Of a stretch of DNA of 64,000 bases, positions 31,201 through 40,140 are shown one piece after another. Position numbers and translations under genes: made by a program. This stretch comes from an uncultured virus (IMG/VR IMGVR_UViG_3300047312_000104). Taxonomy: Duplodnaviria; Heunggongvirae; Uroviricota; Caudoviricetes. The stretch's first letter is position 1, and each line of letters starts with the position of its first letter. The notes under the pieces are model-generated. The model searched no databases. It was not told where the DNA came from and saw only the letters and a program-made list of their open reading frames with translations. The stretch lies in the IMG/VR virus record IMGVR_UViG_3300047312_000104. The stretch is one strand, 5' to 3'.

Positions 31201-32681
31201 TCAACTAGTCCGCGGTTCACATACCTGATCTGGTCCCCCACCATCGCCCGAATCTTCTTCTTCGTCTTGTCGGCCATCTCACCGGGGAACGCCACCACCT
31301 TGCCAGCAATCTGATGACCACTCATCGGCGCGTGTTGGCCGGTCCGGGTATTCCGGAGAGTGGTGTACAGCTGGTTGTCTGACCCTTTAAGGGCCGCGTC
31401 CGTGACCCTCATGTCTAACCCGATGGCCGCGCTTTCAGGCGATCTTGACGGGTCAATCAAACCGAAGTGACTCGGCTGCACCCCACGGGCCTCCTTGGAG
31501 ACCGATTGGGCCGAGCTTATTCCGCCTTCACCCATTCTCGTGATACCCTGACGAAGATCGTGGGTTTCATAAGGGTTTACTTCTTCAGATGCATGAGCTA
31601 GTCCAGAACCGCGGAATATCGCGTGAATATTGGGGGTTAGGAGGCCCGACTGGAGTGACCCTAGGTTGCCCTCTCGTGTGGCTTTCCAGAGAAGCTTCTG
31701 AGCAGCTCCTGTTTGGTCACGCTTGAGGCGTTCACGAAAATGGTCTTCAGCCGAATGGAGTGACTGGAACGCTTGGGCGTCACGGTTATCCCCTGGCTCT
31801 TCGTCTTTCGCCACCCTGAGGAGCTTCTGGGTCACTCTGGTCAGCACATCCGGGGATAGGGTCTCGTGACGCTTGCCGAGTGTCAGCTCAGTGGTGTCTG
31901 GATCAACCTTGGTCCGAGCCAGGATTCCCTGGAGGGTTTGCGGTAGATGCTCATCAGGGGCTTCGCGTTCGTGTTTACGCCCCAACTTCTCCACCACCTT
32001 TTTTAGGTCCTGGTTGTCATGACCGGTTACACCGCGCCAATTCGCCTTGAAGAGTTCATCCCCCCAGGCCTGCTTCAGCGCGTCATCCCCAACCCCGAGG
32101 GCTTTGAGGAGCGGGTATAGGCGGGTGGTCGATTGACCGATCTGAACCTTAAACAAACCACTCTCTGGTTCGAGGTTTACCCTGAATCCGCGGCCTGATC
32201 CCGGCTGGGCATTGACGTGGGCCTCGACCCCGCCATTTTGTTGTTTTCTGACGTACACGCCCGGACGCAGCCGAGCCTGGTTACGGACTACCCAAGAAGT
32301 CCCATTATGGATGAATACCCCGCGGGACGTCAGGTGAGGAACGTGGGCTAGGGTTGTGTGGCGTTCATCCAACACTTGATTGGTCGCATTATCGACCAGT
32401 CGGACCTTGCCCTGGATCGGACGCTGGAGCCGTCCTCCATTGAGGATCGCCTCTTTCTCATCCTTCTTGGTCGGCTCTTTATGATTCGGCGCGTATTGGA
32501 CGTCCGAGACTTCTAGCCGGTGGGTAGCGTTCTTGAGTGGAAAACGCTCCTGGACGCCCTTGAGGGCGTGGTCATAGATATCTTTACGGTGTTGATCGAT
32601 GTCGTCGAAACGACGAAACGTTACCGCTGGTTTTGGTGCAGGGACATCCGGTCCCTGCATGTCATCGAGCAGATCCGCCAT
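28266..32681 (-). CDS. rpoB: RNA polymerase beta subunit fused to beta' N-terminal/catalytic half
   Basis: RpoB motifs (ARGVQPSHFGLIDPSRSPE, GATYEDAIVIS, GSKMSSAYGNKGVVS, KLHHTAEGKLSAR) followed in-frame by RpoC motifs (LPLLPPKYRP, RFQRKVLG..VD..GRSVI, NRAPELHR, GADFDGD). Confidence 0.93.
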   Translation of the reverse strand: MADLLDDMQGPDVPAPKPAVTFRRFDDIDQHRKDIYDHALKGVQERFPLKNATHRLEVSDVQYAPNHKEPTKKDEKEAILNGGRLQRPIQGKVRLVDNATNQVLDERHTTLAHVPHLTSRGVFIHNGTSWVVRNQARLRPGVYVRKQQNGGVEAHVNAQPGSGRGFRVNLEPESGLFKVQIGQSTTRLYPLLKALGVGDDALKQAWGDELFKANWRGVTGHDNQDLKKVVEKLGRKHEREAPDEHLPQTLQGILARTKVDPDTTELTLGKRHETLSPDVLTRVTQKLLRVAKDEEPGDNRDAQAFQSLHSAEDHFRERLKRDQTGAAQKLLWKATREGNLGSLQSGLLTPNIHAIFRGSGLAHASEEVNPYETHDLRQGITRMGEGGISSAQSVSKEARGVQPSHFGLIDPSRSPESAAIGLDMRVTDAALKGSDNQLYTTLRNTRTGQHAPMSGHQIAGKVVAFPGEMADKTKKKIRAMVGDQIRYVNRGLVDYELPDSTHMFSRVSNMIPMPEGMKSKRLAMGSRMITQSMPLKNPEAPLVQSVDREGKSFYNEMGKHAGAVHADKPGQVIGVSPDSITVLHPGGEKKEYQLYNNFPLARKTTLHNTPAVKIGDPVQPGQLLARSNFTDEHGRAAPGLNMRVGYLSGHGATYEDAIVISSSAANRLTSEHQYKQKLELGPEIHSTKTADYRAIYGDKYTPEQFKKLDDDGVVRVGQTINPGDPLIVAIGKRQGRAVGALMKSDKSAHTDATQVWEHPQPGVVTDVARTRSGIKVAVKSYEPMTVGSKMSSAYGNKGVVSSIVPDDQMPHDEEGKPLEVLLGPTGVITRSNPGLLASTLLGKVAAKTGKPYLMKSFEDKGGLADFALAEARKHGVKETETLTDPRDGRKIPGVFTGHQYLAKLHHTAEGKLSARDTGGYSVDESPARGGKEGSKRIGMLGLTSLLSSGATEFLKDAKMVRGQRNDDYWRSLKTGGTPVAPNESFANKHFLNLLRAAGVNIRNKGQGKTQLSFMTDRDVDAMAQHEIGNSGTFDFNSMKPVPDGLFDLGKTGGADGTRWSKIKLPVKIPNPLAQDPIVRILGLTNKKFESILAGQEKIGDKTGPEAIEHALKGIDVGKAIEQTKQEVKGLSGAGRDIAIKKLGYLTGLQTQGLKPDELMISKLPLLPPKYRPVLRARGVDMVHDANYLYHDVLEASKNWSEHQKEFGNAGDAYLNLYNSAKAVAGVADPVDPKHAEQGIRGMLRFAIGVKDSPKFSRFQRKVLGNTVDTIGRSVITVDPAMDMDSIGIPEEMAWKQFRPFVIARLVRSGMHAADAVKAVKNKSKQAEHALETEMSERPVVYNRAPELHRYNYVGGIAHINRGQSDISISQAVTKGLGADFDGDAIGVHVPVSKEAVNEVKAKLFPSKNLLAANSFDVHLAPSNEFLGGLYTASQKDHKKPTRVFATASDAMAAYTRGEIGVSDPVQIISDK

Positions 32682-33513
32682 TGAGCCGTCCCTTGAGACG
32701 CGCCCCTAGGGCGGCGAGTTTCGGTTCACCCGGGTGAGGCTGCGGGTGTTTGTGCTCGGTCACGACCGGTTCCAACTCGGCTTGGGGGAACTGTTCTTTC
32801 TGGTGCTCATAGAATCCGTGGATTGCATTCGAAGCCTGATCGTACTTATTCTTGCGAGATTCGTTGTAGGCAGACATGGCCGCCAATGATCCAAAGATCC
32901 CCAAAGGAATACCGAGGCCAGTTGCGCCCAGGACCGAGTCAGCGCCGCGGAGGGCAGCCCCGCCTGCGGCTGAGGCGAAATTAGGAACAGTCCAATCGAA
33001 CGCGGCGGACTTATCGAACCACAAATCCTCTGCGGCCTTCATGGTAGCGTGCAAGGGGGCGTCCGGACCCATCGGGTTATCTTCGAGGAGCCGCTGGACC
33101 CGATTACGGGTCTGTTCCAGCTCGCCCTTGACCCGATCACGACGACGATTCTCAAGGTATGAGTCGAGTAGCTTCCAGCCACCGTATGCCCCTGCGGTGC
33201 CGACGGCCCCTGTGGCGACGTCTCCTACGAATCCGGCCAGCTTCTTACGGATCTGTATCCCGTTGGCCTTCATCTGTTCGGCCTCTTCTGGAGACACTTC
33301 GACCGGAACCTTGATGGCCGCCGTAGGGGTCGTACCGAAATCGGTGTCGTCCTCTTTACCACGGTACAGATCGATCAAATGCCGGATCCCGCGGGCCCCT
33401 ACCCCTGCCCCTAACCCTAGGGCCCCGGCCCCCACAACATCCGACGGGGTTATCCAGTTGTAAGCTTGTTTGGCCTGCATGGGGTCCACTTTAGAGCCCC
33501 GGGGGCTCCACAC
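32662..33513 (-). CDS. Putative internal/ejection protein with Gly-rich hydrophobic segments
   Basis: Several K-x-A motifs, each followed by a GxxxG-type hydrophobic helix. Confidence 0.5.
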   Translation of the reverse strand: MWSPRGSKVDPMQAKQAYNWITPSDVVGAGALGLGAGVGARGIRHLIDLYRGKEDDTDFGTTPTAAIKVPVEVSPEEAEQMKANGIQIRKKLAGFVGDVATGAVGTAGAYGGWKLLDSYLENRRRDRVKGELEQTRNRVQRLLEDNPMGPDAPLHATMKAAEDLWFDKSAAFDWTVPNFASAAGGAALRGADSVLGATGLGIPLGIFGSLAAMSAYNESRKNKYDQASNAIHGFYEHQKEQFPQAELEPVVTEHKHPQPHPGEPKLAALGARLKGRLNGGSAR

Positions 33514-33520
33514 AACGGCG

Positions 33521-33838
33521 TCAGGTCGTTGGGGCTATGAATTCCCAGGCGCCCCAGCGTAGAAATGCCAACATCTTGCCATCTTGAATGGTTGGCTCGG
33601 ACTTCTCGCAGAACACCGCCGACTTGTCAGCTATGGCCTGCCATACGTCCTGATAGGCCTTTAGGTCTACCCCGTCCAACAGGTTGAATACCTGACACTT
33701 AGCCACCAATCGCTTCCGTACCTGCTTGTTTGCCGGCAGGCTTGGGTCAATCAGCGGGATCTCCCCTGTGATGTCAATAAACCGGTCAGCTTGGAACCGA
33801 GGGGTATTCATCGCCTCGGGGATTTTAACAGCAGCCAT
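33521..33838 (-). CDS. Hypothetical protein
   Basis: 105 aa ORF in operon. Confidence 0.5.
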   Translation of the reverse strand: MAAVKIPEAMNTPRFQADRFIDITGEIPLIDPSLPANKQVRKRLVAKCQVFNLLDGVDLKAYQDVWQAIADKSAVFCEKSEPTIQDGKMLAFLRWGAWEFIAPTT

Positions 33839-33843
33839 GCCTG

Positions 33844-34527
33844 TTATCGTGCCACACGATTCCGGTTGTTCAATACCTTACGGATCATGGCTTGGCGCCG
33901 CTGGCGGATCAGCTGCTGCTCCGAGTCTTCGAGCTGGCGACGCTCCAGCCGCATCCTGGCTACATCCACGTCGGCCGGACCCTCGTTGAGCATCTGCCCA
34001 CCAATCGCCCCCGCGTTGGTGGCGGCCTGGTGACCAAGCTCGCTCAACCCCTTGATGGGGGCCGTGAGGTACTCGGGGGTCACCGGGATAACCACGTCAC
34101 CGAACCCGCCATGCTTGGCAAAGCGATCCAGGAGTCCGAGATCAACCGCGGCCTTTATGAAGCCTAGCCGCCAAGCTTCGCGACGTTCTTGTTCGGTCTG
34201 TTGTGCAGAATTCATCTTCAGTATCCCTGTATTGAAAAGTGTCCCTAGCCCCATCCCCATGTTCTGAAACGTCCCAAGGGTCCCCTGGGATACCCCGAGG
34301 AGTTTTCCCATGATAGTCGCGGCCCCGTACCCAAGCCCAGCCCCCACGGCCCCCCTGGTGATATCCCCCGGGGTGATCCACGGGGCGGTCTCGGGAGCCG
34401 CCGCGGCAGCGTTCTGGATACTCGTCAGGGCCCTGGCCTTATCCCACATGTTCAACGTGGGGTCCTTCAGGACGTCTTGTTCGGCCCTGGAGATGTTGAT
34501 CAGGTTGGAGGCATCCTGAAGGGTCAT
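33844..34527 (-). CDS. Putative virion protein with hydrophobic Gly-rich segment
   Basis: GAVGAGLGYGAATIMG; GFIKAA motif. Confidence 0.5.
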   Translation of the reverse strand: MTLQDASNLINISRAEQDVLKDPTLNMWDKARALTSIQNAAAAAPETAPWITPGDITRGAVGAGLGYGAATIMGKLLGVSQGTLGTFQNMGMGLGTLFNTGILKMNSAQQTEQERREAWRLGFIKAAVDLGLLDRFAKHGGFGDVVIPVTPEYLTAPIKGLSELGHQAATNAGAIGGQMLNEGPADVDVARMRLERRQLEDSEQQLIRQRRQAMIRKVLNNRNRVAR

Positions 34528-35417
34528 GGGGCACCCACGGGTGGCGTCGCCGGCTGGGCCGGCATCTGCTGGGCACCCTGGAGGGCTGCCTGGTCCGGCA
34601 CAATGTTCCTGACCGCGTCAACCCCGGCCCTACGACCCATCTGGGGAAGATTCACGAGTCCGCTCGCCTGAACTGCCTGAAGATCTTTCCACTGTGATCC
34701 GTACTGCTGGAGGAACTGCTGATCGGGCAATTTGCCGCCAAGGTGGTCCCTGACTGCCGAAAGAAACTTAGGGTCCTTGATGGCGTTGTAGCGACCCCAC
34801 AGGTTTGCGGCACCACCGGCGGCGGCCAGGACACCGGCGATCCGCCCCATGTTGCCACGACTCATCAGCGCCACCATGATCCCCATTGGGAGCATCATCA
34901 GGGACGGGTTGGACTTCATGTAGTTCCACCACCCGCCCTCTTTACCGCCCCAATCTTTCTTGGCAGCTGCCGCGGCATCGGTGCCGAACTGCTGGCCCGC
35001 ATTTCCAGCCCGCCCAGCTATCTCTTTGGACAATTCCTCGGGAGACTTGCTGTTATTGAACCAGCCCTTAACCGACTGAGGGATCCAACCAGGACCACTT
35101 GCGTTGGCGAGATTACGAGACGCTTCGAAACGCTGCGCCGGTGTGACGTCTTTGCCTCCGAGGGTCTCGTTGATCTGCCCAACGGCCCCCACGTCACCAC
35201 TGGCAGCCTGGTTGTACACCTGCGGGGAGATAGCATGAGCCGCGTTAGGATCCGGGACTGCTGGCTTAGGAGGCACTGGTGCCGCTTGGGCAACCGGAAC
35301 CGGAGCTGGGGTGACGGGTTTGACCGGCGGAGTCGCCACCGGGACCGGTGCTACCTTGTCCCCGAACTCAACCCCGGCTGATTTGCTCAGCCGCTTAATC
35401 TTTGGATTAAATTTCAT
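34524..35417 (-). CDS. Putative virion protein with membrane hairpin
   Basis: SKSAG N-terminal motif; LMMLPMGIMVALM...IAGVLAAAGG. Confidence 0.5.
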   Translation of the reverse strand: MKFNPKIKRLSKSAGVEFGDKVAPVPVATPPVKPVTPAPVPVAQAAPVPPKPAVPDPNAAHAISPQVYNQAASGDVGAVGQINETLGGKDVTPAQRFEASRNLANASGPGWIPQSVKGWFNNSKSPEELSKEIAGRAGNAGQQFGTDAAAAAKKDWGGKEGGWWNYMKSNPSLMMLPMGIMVALMSRGNMGRIAGVLAAAGGAANLWGRYNAIKDPKFLSAVRDHLGGKLPDQQFLQQYGSQWKDLQAVQASGLVNLPQMGRRAGVDAVRNIVPDQAALQGAQQMPAQPATPPVGAP

Positions 35418-37753
35418 GGGTGGGGGACTATCGGCTTAGGGACCTGGGCGATCGGCTGGGATGACGGCGGGGTTGGTTTAACCGCCTGTTGGGCTGGCGG
35501 GGTTGCGGTGGCACCGGGACCTGGCGGGATGACCCCTTGGGCGTACTGGATTGTGTTGACCGCCGGGGCATTCCGTTGAGCCGTCCCACCGGATCCAGTC
35601 ATCTCACCGGGCTGATTACCCCTGAGGATCTGCTGGGCGTTGTTACGTCCTACCCGATGATACAGGGCCGCATTACGGGCTGCCAGCTGGTACTGTTCTG
35701 GGGTGAGGGATAGTTGGCCTGATTCTGGGTTCCTCTTGGCTCCAGATACCTCTTCCATAAGGGCTACTTGAGGGGGCGACAAAGCCCTACGTTCCATGAG
35801 GGCCTGGCGGGCCTGAGAGTAGCGTCCCAGCCAATCGGTTCCAACCTGCTCGTTGGTGCCACGGTTAAAGTCCAACTTCCCGGCCGATTCCGCATGCTCT
35901 GCACCGAGGCGAGCCAAGGTACCAGCCGTCGAAGGATCCAAATGGTCAAGCCGAGGATCTGCCCCGATGGTATTCAGGGTTTGATCATACCCCTGTTGGC
36001 CCTGGTTGGTCGCATACATCTCGCGCTTGGCCGATTGGACAGCACGTCCGGCAGGGGTATTGGGCAGGACACGCCCGTACGAAGCACCAAACTGGCGGCG
36101 TGCGTCGTCGATATTGCCATTCAGGAGCGCACCAGTCCCGGCCTTGGTGGCATCCCATAGTTTGCCTCCGGCCCCGCTTGTCTCGTTAGCCAGGCTTTGA
36201 TTCCCAACCTCTTGTTCGTTGGCAACCGCGTTAGGATCCTCTGAGTCACCCCAGTTGTAAGCCTGACGTCCGAGGTCAGCCATCCCTTTGGCTCCGCTGA
36301 TCAGCGTTGCCCCCATGGCCGCATTACCGCCGAAGTTACGGGCCTTGCTGAGCGCGCTAGTGGCACCTGTGACTCCAGGGGTCAGACCACGACGGGTAGC
36401 GTCCCACAAAGCAGCGGCTGGGCGCGATGCCCCAACGGCTTGACCGGTTAATGACGGAACCGCCAACCTGACCGCCCCTGTGCCACCCAACCCTTGTGCG
36501 GTTGCCGATAGAGCCGGGACAACTGCTTCCTTGGCGGCTTCCAACGACTGACCCCTGGGGGCAATCGCTGCGGCTAGCGCAGGACCCATGAGCGGTGCCA
36601 CTGGAGCGTACTTGATCGGGAGTGGGAGTTTTACCCCGCTCTTGCCCAACTGGGACATCTGATCCCAAAGCCTGGATCCGGCCAGCTGACTCCACGTATT
36701 GCCAGCGCCCCCAAGGGTATTGGTGCGCGAAGTCCCGCCAACATTCTCACGAGCCAACTGATTCTGGTCTTGCCACTTGCCAGTCATCCCGGCCAGCTGA
36801 CCTTTTATCGCCTCAGCATCTGCTGGACGATTTTCGGCCACCGCTTGATTGTATTGAGCCTGGAGGCGTCCGCGCTCGTCTAACCCGGTGGCCATCGACT
36901 CTAGGCCGGGGCTCGACGCTGCCGACGGCAGCCGCACTAGCCTTCCATTCTTATCAACTGGCTGTCTACGCATGGCCGCTTGGACAAGCTGCCCCACTGG
37001 AGACAACACATCGGCAAGACCACCCGAGTGTACCTGGGCCACCGGCTCCAGCATTCCAGTGGCACCTTGGATCGAGTTACGCTCGTTCTCACCCTTGTTG
37101 GCTAGAAATCGACGCTGGGCCGCATCAGCTGCGTAGGTTCCGGCATTAACCAGATCCGGATTAGTAACGTCCTGCGGGACCCCTTGGTCATCCGTTACGG
37201 TCTGGAGTCCAGACTGACGTAACCGCGGAGCCTCGATCCCTTGGGCAGCCAGCTGAGCCTTCTGGTCGTCGGGCAACTGCGCGAATGCCTGAGCTTTGCG
37301 GTCATAGTCGGCCGCCTGGGCATCTTGAATCTTAGTAGGGTCAACCAGTTGGGAATTAGTGGCGGCAGACCGACGAAAGCTCGACTTATCAGTACTCAGA
37401 TTCCTGTACCCGAACTTGTGGGCTTCAAATTCAGCCGCTACTTCTTGTTCGGTCGGGGCTCTCCCGAGGGTGCCAGCTAGATGCTGACGAGCAGCTTCTT
37501 TTGCTTCCTCGTCTCTAGCCTGCATCAACCAATAATCGTTCTCTGCCCCAGTAGGATCAGCAGCCAACTTTTCCGAAGCCCCGCAATAGCTGGACATCCA
37601 CGCCAACTTCTTCTTACGTTCGTCCCCGAACGGAATCTTGGCCCCGGCCTTAGTCTCAGTTTCACCGGCCAGGTTAATGGTTGGATGATGAGACTTTGAG
37701 CCCCGCAGATGGAACTGCCGCGGGCCGGTCATCTTGATCGGCTTGTGGGGCAC
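35414..37753 (-). CDS. Large Ala/Gly/Gln-rich putative ejection protein
   Basis: 779 aa; KKLAW and EKLAA near N-terminus; hydrophobic central segments. Confidence 0.45.
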   Translation of the reverse strand: MPHKPIKMTGPRQFHLRGSKSHHPTINLAGETETKAGAKIPFGDERKKKLAWMSSYCGASEKLAADPTGAENDYWLMQARDEEAKEAARQHLAGTLGRAPTEQEVAAEFEAHKFGYRNLSTDKSSFRRSAATNSQLVDPTKIQDAQAADYDRKAQAFAQLPDDQKAQLAAQGIEAPRLRQSGLQTVTDDQGVPQDVTNPDLVNAGTYAADAAQRRFLANKGENERNSIQGATGMLEPVAQVHSGGLADVLSPVGQLVQAAMRRQPVDKNGRLVRLPSAASSPGLESMATGLDERGRLQAQYNQAVAENRPADAEAIKGQLAGMTGKWQDQNQLARENVGGTSRTNTLGGAGNTWSQLAGSRLWDQMSQLGKSGVKLPLPIKYAPVAPLMGPALAAAIAPRGQSLEAAKEAVVPALSATAQGLGGTGAVRLAVPSLTGQAVGASRPAAALWDATRRGLTPGVTGATSALSKARNFGGNAAMGATLISGAKGMADLGRQAYNWGDSEDPNAVANEQEVGNQSLANETSGAGGKLWDATKAGTGALLNGNIDDARRQFGASYGRVLPNTPAGRAVQSAKREMYATNQGQQGYDQTLNTIGADPRLDHLDPSTAGTLARLGAEHAESAGKLDFNRGTNEQVGTDWLGRYSQARQALMERRALSPPQVALMEEVSGAKRNPESGQLSLTPEQYQLAARNAALYHRVGRNNAQQILRGNQPGEMTGSGGTAQRNAPAVNTIQYAQGVIPPGPGATATPPAQQAVKPTPPSSQPIAQVPKPIVPHP

Positions 37754-37754
37754 G

Positions 37755-38213
37755 TTATTCCTGGTCGTCTTTTTCTTTATCGTTTTTACGCGATAACAGA
37801 TATGCCAAGACCGCCCCAGCTCCTAGACCACCCCACTGACCCGCACCCCACTTCATAGGTGACTGAGCAAAACCACTGAGATAATTCTTGAGACCTCCGA
37901 CTGCTTGGGTGGCCTGCGGAGAACCCGCTAACTCTTTCGCCTTGGCGATCCCCTGGTCAACCAAACCGGGTGGCTGCGCCGGGGCAGCAGACGGCGTCGG
38001 CGCGGGGTGGCCCGGATTAGTGAGCATTGTGGCCCCTAGCCCGGCCACGCCTGTTCCGATCGCGGTATTGGCCAACGCTTTACCTGGAACCGGAGTAGCG
38101 CCCAGCGCTTTCGTTTGATTCCAAGTCCGGTGTGCGAACGTCTTAAGGCCAGGAACAGCTTCTCTAGCAGTATTGGCGGCCTGACCGACTATATTTCCCC
38201 AGATACCGGGCAT
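37755..38213 (-). CDS. Small membrane-associated virion protein candidate
   Basis: Two Gly-rich hydrophobic helices, charged tail. Confidence 0.45.
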   Translation of the reverse strand: MPGIWGNIVGQAANTAREAVPGLKTFAHRTWNQTKALGATPVPGKALANTAIGTGVAGLGATMLTNPGHPAPTPSAAPAQPPGLVDQGIAKAKELAGSPQATQAVGGLKNYLSGFAQSPMKWGAGQWGGLGAGAVLAYLLSRKNDKEKDDQE

Positions 38214-38234
38214 AGGGTCCCCTAGGGGGCCAGA

Positions 38235-40097
38235 TTACCTCGCGCCGGGGGTTCCGCCACCCGGCTGTGGGGCCAGCATCTGCTGTTGGCCCTGTGAGGC
38301 CGCCTGGGTCCTGACCTTCTTGAGGGCAGAAGTGACGAGCGAATGGAGGTCCTGGTTGTTCTCTCGGAGCGACTTGAGCTGCTGCTTCCGGTCGTAGTCA
38401 GGCATGGTGGCGAGCTGGCCGGCGATCTGTTCCGCCTGATCCGACATCCCCTTGATGGTCGTAGGCTGCTGACCACCCCCGCCCCCTCCGCCCCCCTGAC
38501 CTCCAGCGGGTGCCCCGCCCATCCCACTGGCCTGCTGGGCAGCGGTTGCGGCTCCCTGTTGGGCCAACGAAGTAGCTGTCGGGGCTCCGGCCAACTGGGT
38601 GACCGAGGCCATCTCCTGTTCCTGCTGGGCCTTCTCGTCGGCCTCCTGCTGCTTCTTCGCCACAAATTCCTGGTGCTTGAACGTCTTCTCGACTTCCCGT
38701 TTGACGTCGATCCCGAACGGTTCTAGGGCCGTCTGGGGCGAGATCTGGTTGGCGCTCATCAGCTGGGTCAGGATCTGCTTACGTTCCGCATCATCCGCAA
38801 CCGTCGTACGCTGCATCACCACCGCGGTCTCGTCGAGACCGAAGTTGCGAGCCGTAACCTTGACGATCCATTTGAGGATCGAGTTGTAGAGAGCTGGGAT
38901 CGACTGCCACGACTGTTCAAATAACCGAAGGGCCATCGGGGCCGCTTGGACCGACAGGTTCATCTGGTGGTATTCGAGAGGGATTCCGAGCTGGTTCAGG
39001 AATTCCTGATGACGGAACTTGAGCTTGTCGGCAGGGAGAAGGTTCTCGCCCTCGCCGCCAGCGAACTGGTATTGCATCGGGTACGGGGCGGTATGGTAGG
39101 TGGCCGGGTTCTTCCGGTGTGTCTGGACCATCTTGGTGGTCCTGGTCACGAATTCGTCCATCCCCTCCATCACCATTGGATCCTGGCCCCCTGGGGTTAT
39201 CCCTGGGGAAAAGATTCGCATCCCAAGTGTGTAGTCGTTGGCAATCGCCTGATCGAGTCGGTTCGTGGTCTGCATCAACCACGCGGTACGGAAATTCGAG
39301 ATCGCCCTCGGGATACCCCACCCGTTGGTATCCATACCTGAAATTGCAGCCTCGTCAAAGTGCATCACGATCTCATCATCGAGATGCACGTCTGCGTTTA
39401 GCGCCACCGCTTCCAAGAACACCAGAGGGGTATCCTCGATGTGGATCGGGGCCTTGGACTGGATCTTGTGCCGCTCAGTGGCCGGCATCCGCCAGTAAAT
39501 TTCTTTACGCTTGCTGTACCGGTTCTGGGCGAGATGAATATCGAACGGACTATAGATATCGAGTTTGATCTTCGAGATATCCGGGTCCTTGCGGTCGTTA
39601 CACCGGTAAGGAGACGAGTCCCCGCAGGCCGGACAATTTCGCTTCCTCAACCATTTGACTCCACGGGGAGACAGTTCGAGATTGTAATGGTTGCGCAGTT
39701 TTTTGATCGGTTGTTCGAACTGACAGTTCTGGCACACTAGAGTGCGGATGAACGGTAAGTACATGGAAAGAATGAGGTTACCGTACGCAAGGTATTCGTC
39801 AGCGCACAGTTTAAGTTCGCGGCGATAGTTGAGAGACTCTTCGAACAGATCCTTGTACTCGGTCTCTTCGTCCATTTCCAGGTCAGGGAACTGGAGGACG
39901 GTTATGAAGTGATCCGCCACACGCTGGAAAGCTTGACGGTAGTTACCGTCAGAGAGCCACAAGTACTGGGCCCACCAGAGGATCAGCTCATGGTTGTCCG
40001 GGACCATGACAGTGGCGTAGTCGAGCCACGGCAGGGGCGAACGGTTAAGCGCCTGGGTCCCAGTGGGGGTCTGGCCGGACGAGGGGGGCATTTCCAC
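38235..40097 (-). CDS. Portal protein (with CxxC insertions and Gln/Gly-rich C-terminal extension)
   Basis: 620 aa; 'EYLAYGN', 'GWGIP', 'FLNQLGIP', 'ISPQTALEPFGID' portal-like elements; heads the head-gene run. Confidence 0.65.
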   Translation of the reverse strand: MEMPPSSGQTPTGTQALNRSPLPWLDYATVMVPDNHELILWWAQYLWLSDGNYRQAFQRVADHFITVLQFPDLEMDEETEYKDLFEESLNYRRELKLCADEYLAYGNLILSMYLPFIRTLVCQNCQFEQPIKKLRNHYNLELSPRGVKWLRKRNCPACGDSSPYRCNDRKDPDISKIKLDIYSPFDIHLAQNRYSKRKEIYWRMPATERHKIQSKAPIHIEDTPLVFLEAVALNADVHLDDEIVMHFDEAAISGMDTNGWGIPRAISNFRTAWLMQTTNRLDQAIANDYTLGMRIFSPGITPGGQDPMVMEGMDEFVTRTTKMVQTHRKNPATYHTAPYPMQYQFAGGEGENLLPADKLKFRHQEFLNQLGIPLEYHQMNLSVQAAPMALRLFEQSWQSIPALYNSILKWIVKVTARNFGLDETAVVMQRTTVADDAERKQILTQLMSANQISPQTALEPFGIDVKREVEKTFKHQEFVAKKQQEADEKAQQEQEMASVTQLAGAPTATSLAQQGAATAAQQASGMGGAPAGGQGGGGGGGGQQPTTIKGMSDQAEQIAGQLATMPDYDRKQQLKSLRENNQDLHSLVTSALKKVRTQAASQGQQQMLAPQPGGGTPGAR

Positions 40098-40140
40098 GAA
40101 AATCAGCTTACCTTGGGTTTAGGGGCCAGGTAGCCCACAA

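Noticed and set aside
25511..32681. Host chromosomal rpoBC locus or chimeric assembly
   Set aside because: No ribosomal protein genes nearby, the split is non-cellular, and the genes are tightly coupled to phage head genes on the same strand
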